Below are positions 41,229 to 42,070 of a stretch of DNA of 42,070 bases, one piece after another. Each line of letters opens with the position of its first letter. Within the stretch, counting starts at the first letter, position 1. The stretch covers positions 1 to 42,070 of the forward strand of contig SICJ01000002.1 in assembly GCA_009691505.1 (NCBI GenBank), written 5' to 3'. The translations under genes and the position numbers were made by a program. The notes below the pieces were generated by a model that saw nothing but the letters and a program-made list of their open reading frames with translations, was not told the DNA's origin and searched no databases. This DNA is from Candidatus Parcubacteria bacterium. Lineage in GTDB: Bacteria; Patescibacteriota; Minisyncoccia; Phycocordibacterales; CALRHW01.

Positions 41229-42070
41229 ATGAAAAAAACAGCAGAATTTGTGAGTCCAAAACATCCAGATAAAATTTGTGATTTTATCGCGGATAGTATT
41301 TTAGATGCGTATCTCTTAGAAGACCCAAAAAGTCGTGTAGCAATAGAAGTAATGGGTGGCCACAACCTCATTACAATAAACGGTGAGGTAACAAGTATGG
41401 CAAAACCCGATATAGAAATGCTGGTAAAAGAAATAGTTGGACAAGGGTTTAAAATTTTAGTGCATATTGATATTCAAAGCCCAGAGATTGCACGAGGAGT
41501 GGATAGTGGCGGGGCAGGTGATCAAGGGATCATGAAAGGCTATGCCACCGCAGAGACAAAAAATTATATGCCCGTAGAATATGAACTAGCTCGAAATCTA
41601 TGCATGAAAGTATTTGAACGCTATCCTTTTGATGGTAAAACGCAAGTCACGGTGGAAGGTGGTAGTGTGACAAATGTTGTTGTAAGTTTTCAAAATACAA
41701 AAAATGGCGAGCTTTTAGAGCTTGTTAAAAAAATTATTATTGCAAAAGAATATTTTATAAACCCAGCGGGGCAGTGGACTTGTGGGGGTTTTGATGCAGA
41801 TACTGGTCTATCTGGCAGGAAACTTATAGTAGATAATTATGGACCAGAAATAACTATTGGGGGCGGTTCTTTTTCAGGTAAAGATTATACAAAGGTAGAT
41901 AGATCAGGTGCGTATATGGCGCGTCGACTCGCTGTTGAATTATTGGAAAAATATAATGCAAAAGAAGTACAAACAAAACTTGCTTATGCAATTGGGAAAA
42001 AATATCCTGTAATGGCTGTAGCTGTGATAGATGGTGTAGAAAGAGAAATTGACGGCTATGATTTAAGTCC
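41229..42070 (+). CDS. metK: S-adenosylmethionine synthase (partial; runs off the window)
   Basis: MKKTAEFVSPKHPDKICDFIADSILDAYL..., GAGDQGIMKGYA and GGGSFSGKDYTKVDRSGAYMAR are MetK signatures. There is no stop before 42070. Confidence 0.9.
   Translation, partial: MKKTAEFVSPKHPDKICDFIADSILDAYLLEDPKSRVAIEVMGGHNLITINGEVTSMAKPDIEMLVKEIVGQGFKILVHIDIQSPEIARGVDSGGAGDQGIMKGYATAETKNYMPVEYELARNLCMKVFERYPFDGKTQVTVEGGSVTNVVVSFQNTKNGELLELVKKIIIAKEYFINPAGQWTCGGFDADTGLSGRKLIVDNYGPEITIGGGSFSGKDYTKVDRSGAYMARRLAVELLEKYNAKEVQTKLAYAIGKKYPVMAVAVIDGVEREIDGYDLS

Noticed and set aside
41186-41371. 61-aa minus-strand ORF over the riboswitch platform and the metK start
   Set aside because: It lies opposite the clear metK N-terminus (HPDKICDFIADSILD) and the SAM-I expression platform. 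It is a shadow ORF.

Overview
The window is AT-rich, gene-dense and mostly housekeeping. It looks like a reduced-genome bacterium. Patescibacteria/CPR (Parcubacteria-like) is my inference from gene content, short proteins and the lack of Shine-Dalgarno (SD) sequences, with no database check behind it.

Recognisable core genes:
- Translation: tRNA-Asn, hpf, fmt, def, frr, proS, lysS, cysS, rplU, rplI, rpmA, tRNA-Glu, trhO.
- Replication and repair: priA-like, holB, dnaB, recR, rmuC.
- Cell envelope and shape: VanY-type peptidase, an HTH-murA fusion, two mreB paralogs, mreC, a mreD-like gene, PBP2, then mraZ-rsmH-ftsL-ftsI-murF, an S41 protease and an SLT-like lytic transglycosylase.
- Other: a SAM-I riboswitch in front of a partial metK at the 3' edge.

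What the gene list does not explain:
1. Two long perfect palindromes (7469-7601 and 38327-38439) enclose the same AT-hairpin plus GC-hairpin core. This is my best candidate for an undescribed element or RNA family.
2. A roughly 290-nt structured RNA (8708-8997) is bounded by its own promoter and terminator, and I cannot assign it to a known class.
3. At least six genes have an extended -10 (TGnTAnnnT) placed 6-7 nt before the start codon. That points to leaderless mRNAs in a genome that otherwise shows no SD.
4. Two visibly less AT-rich cassettes carry SD sequences and their own terminators (18839-19691 and 29072-29984). They look foreign.
5. A decayed island sits next to tRNA-Glu (24790-29031). 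It contains a recombinase remnant, a 143-bp duplication that creates a chimeric ORF, and several truncated or nonsense-containing genes.
6. Domain-level oddities: XRE-HTH fused to MurA, PriA with all ATPase motifs degenerate, CorA without GMN, ProRS without an INS domain, and a perfect 14-bp hairpin inside holB.

No rRNA, CRISPR array or intact transposase was seen. All calls come from reading the sequence and ORF translations; no searches were run.
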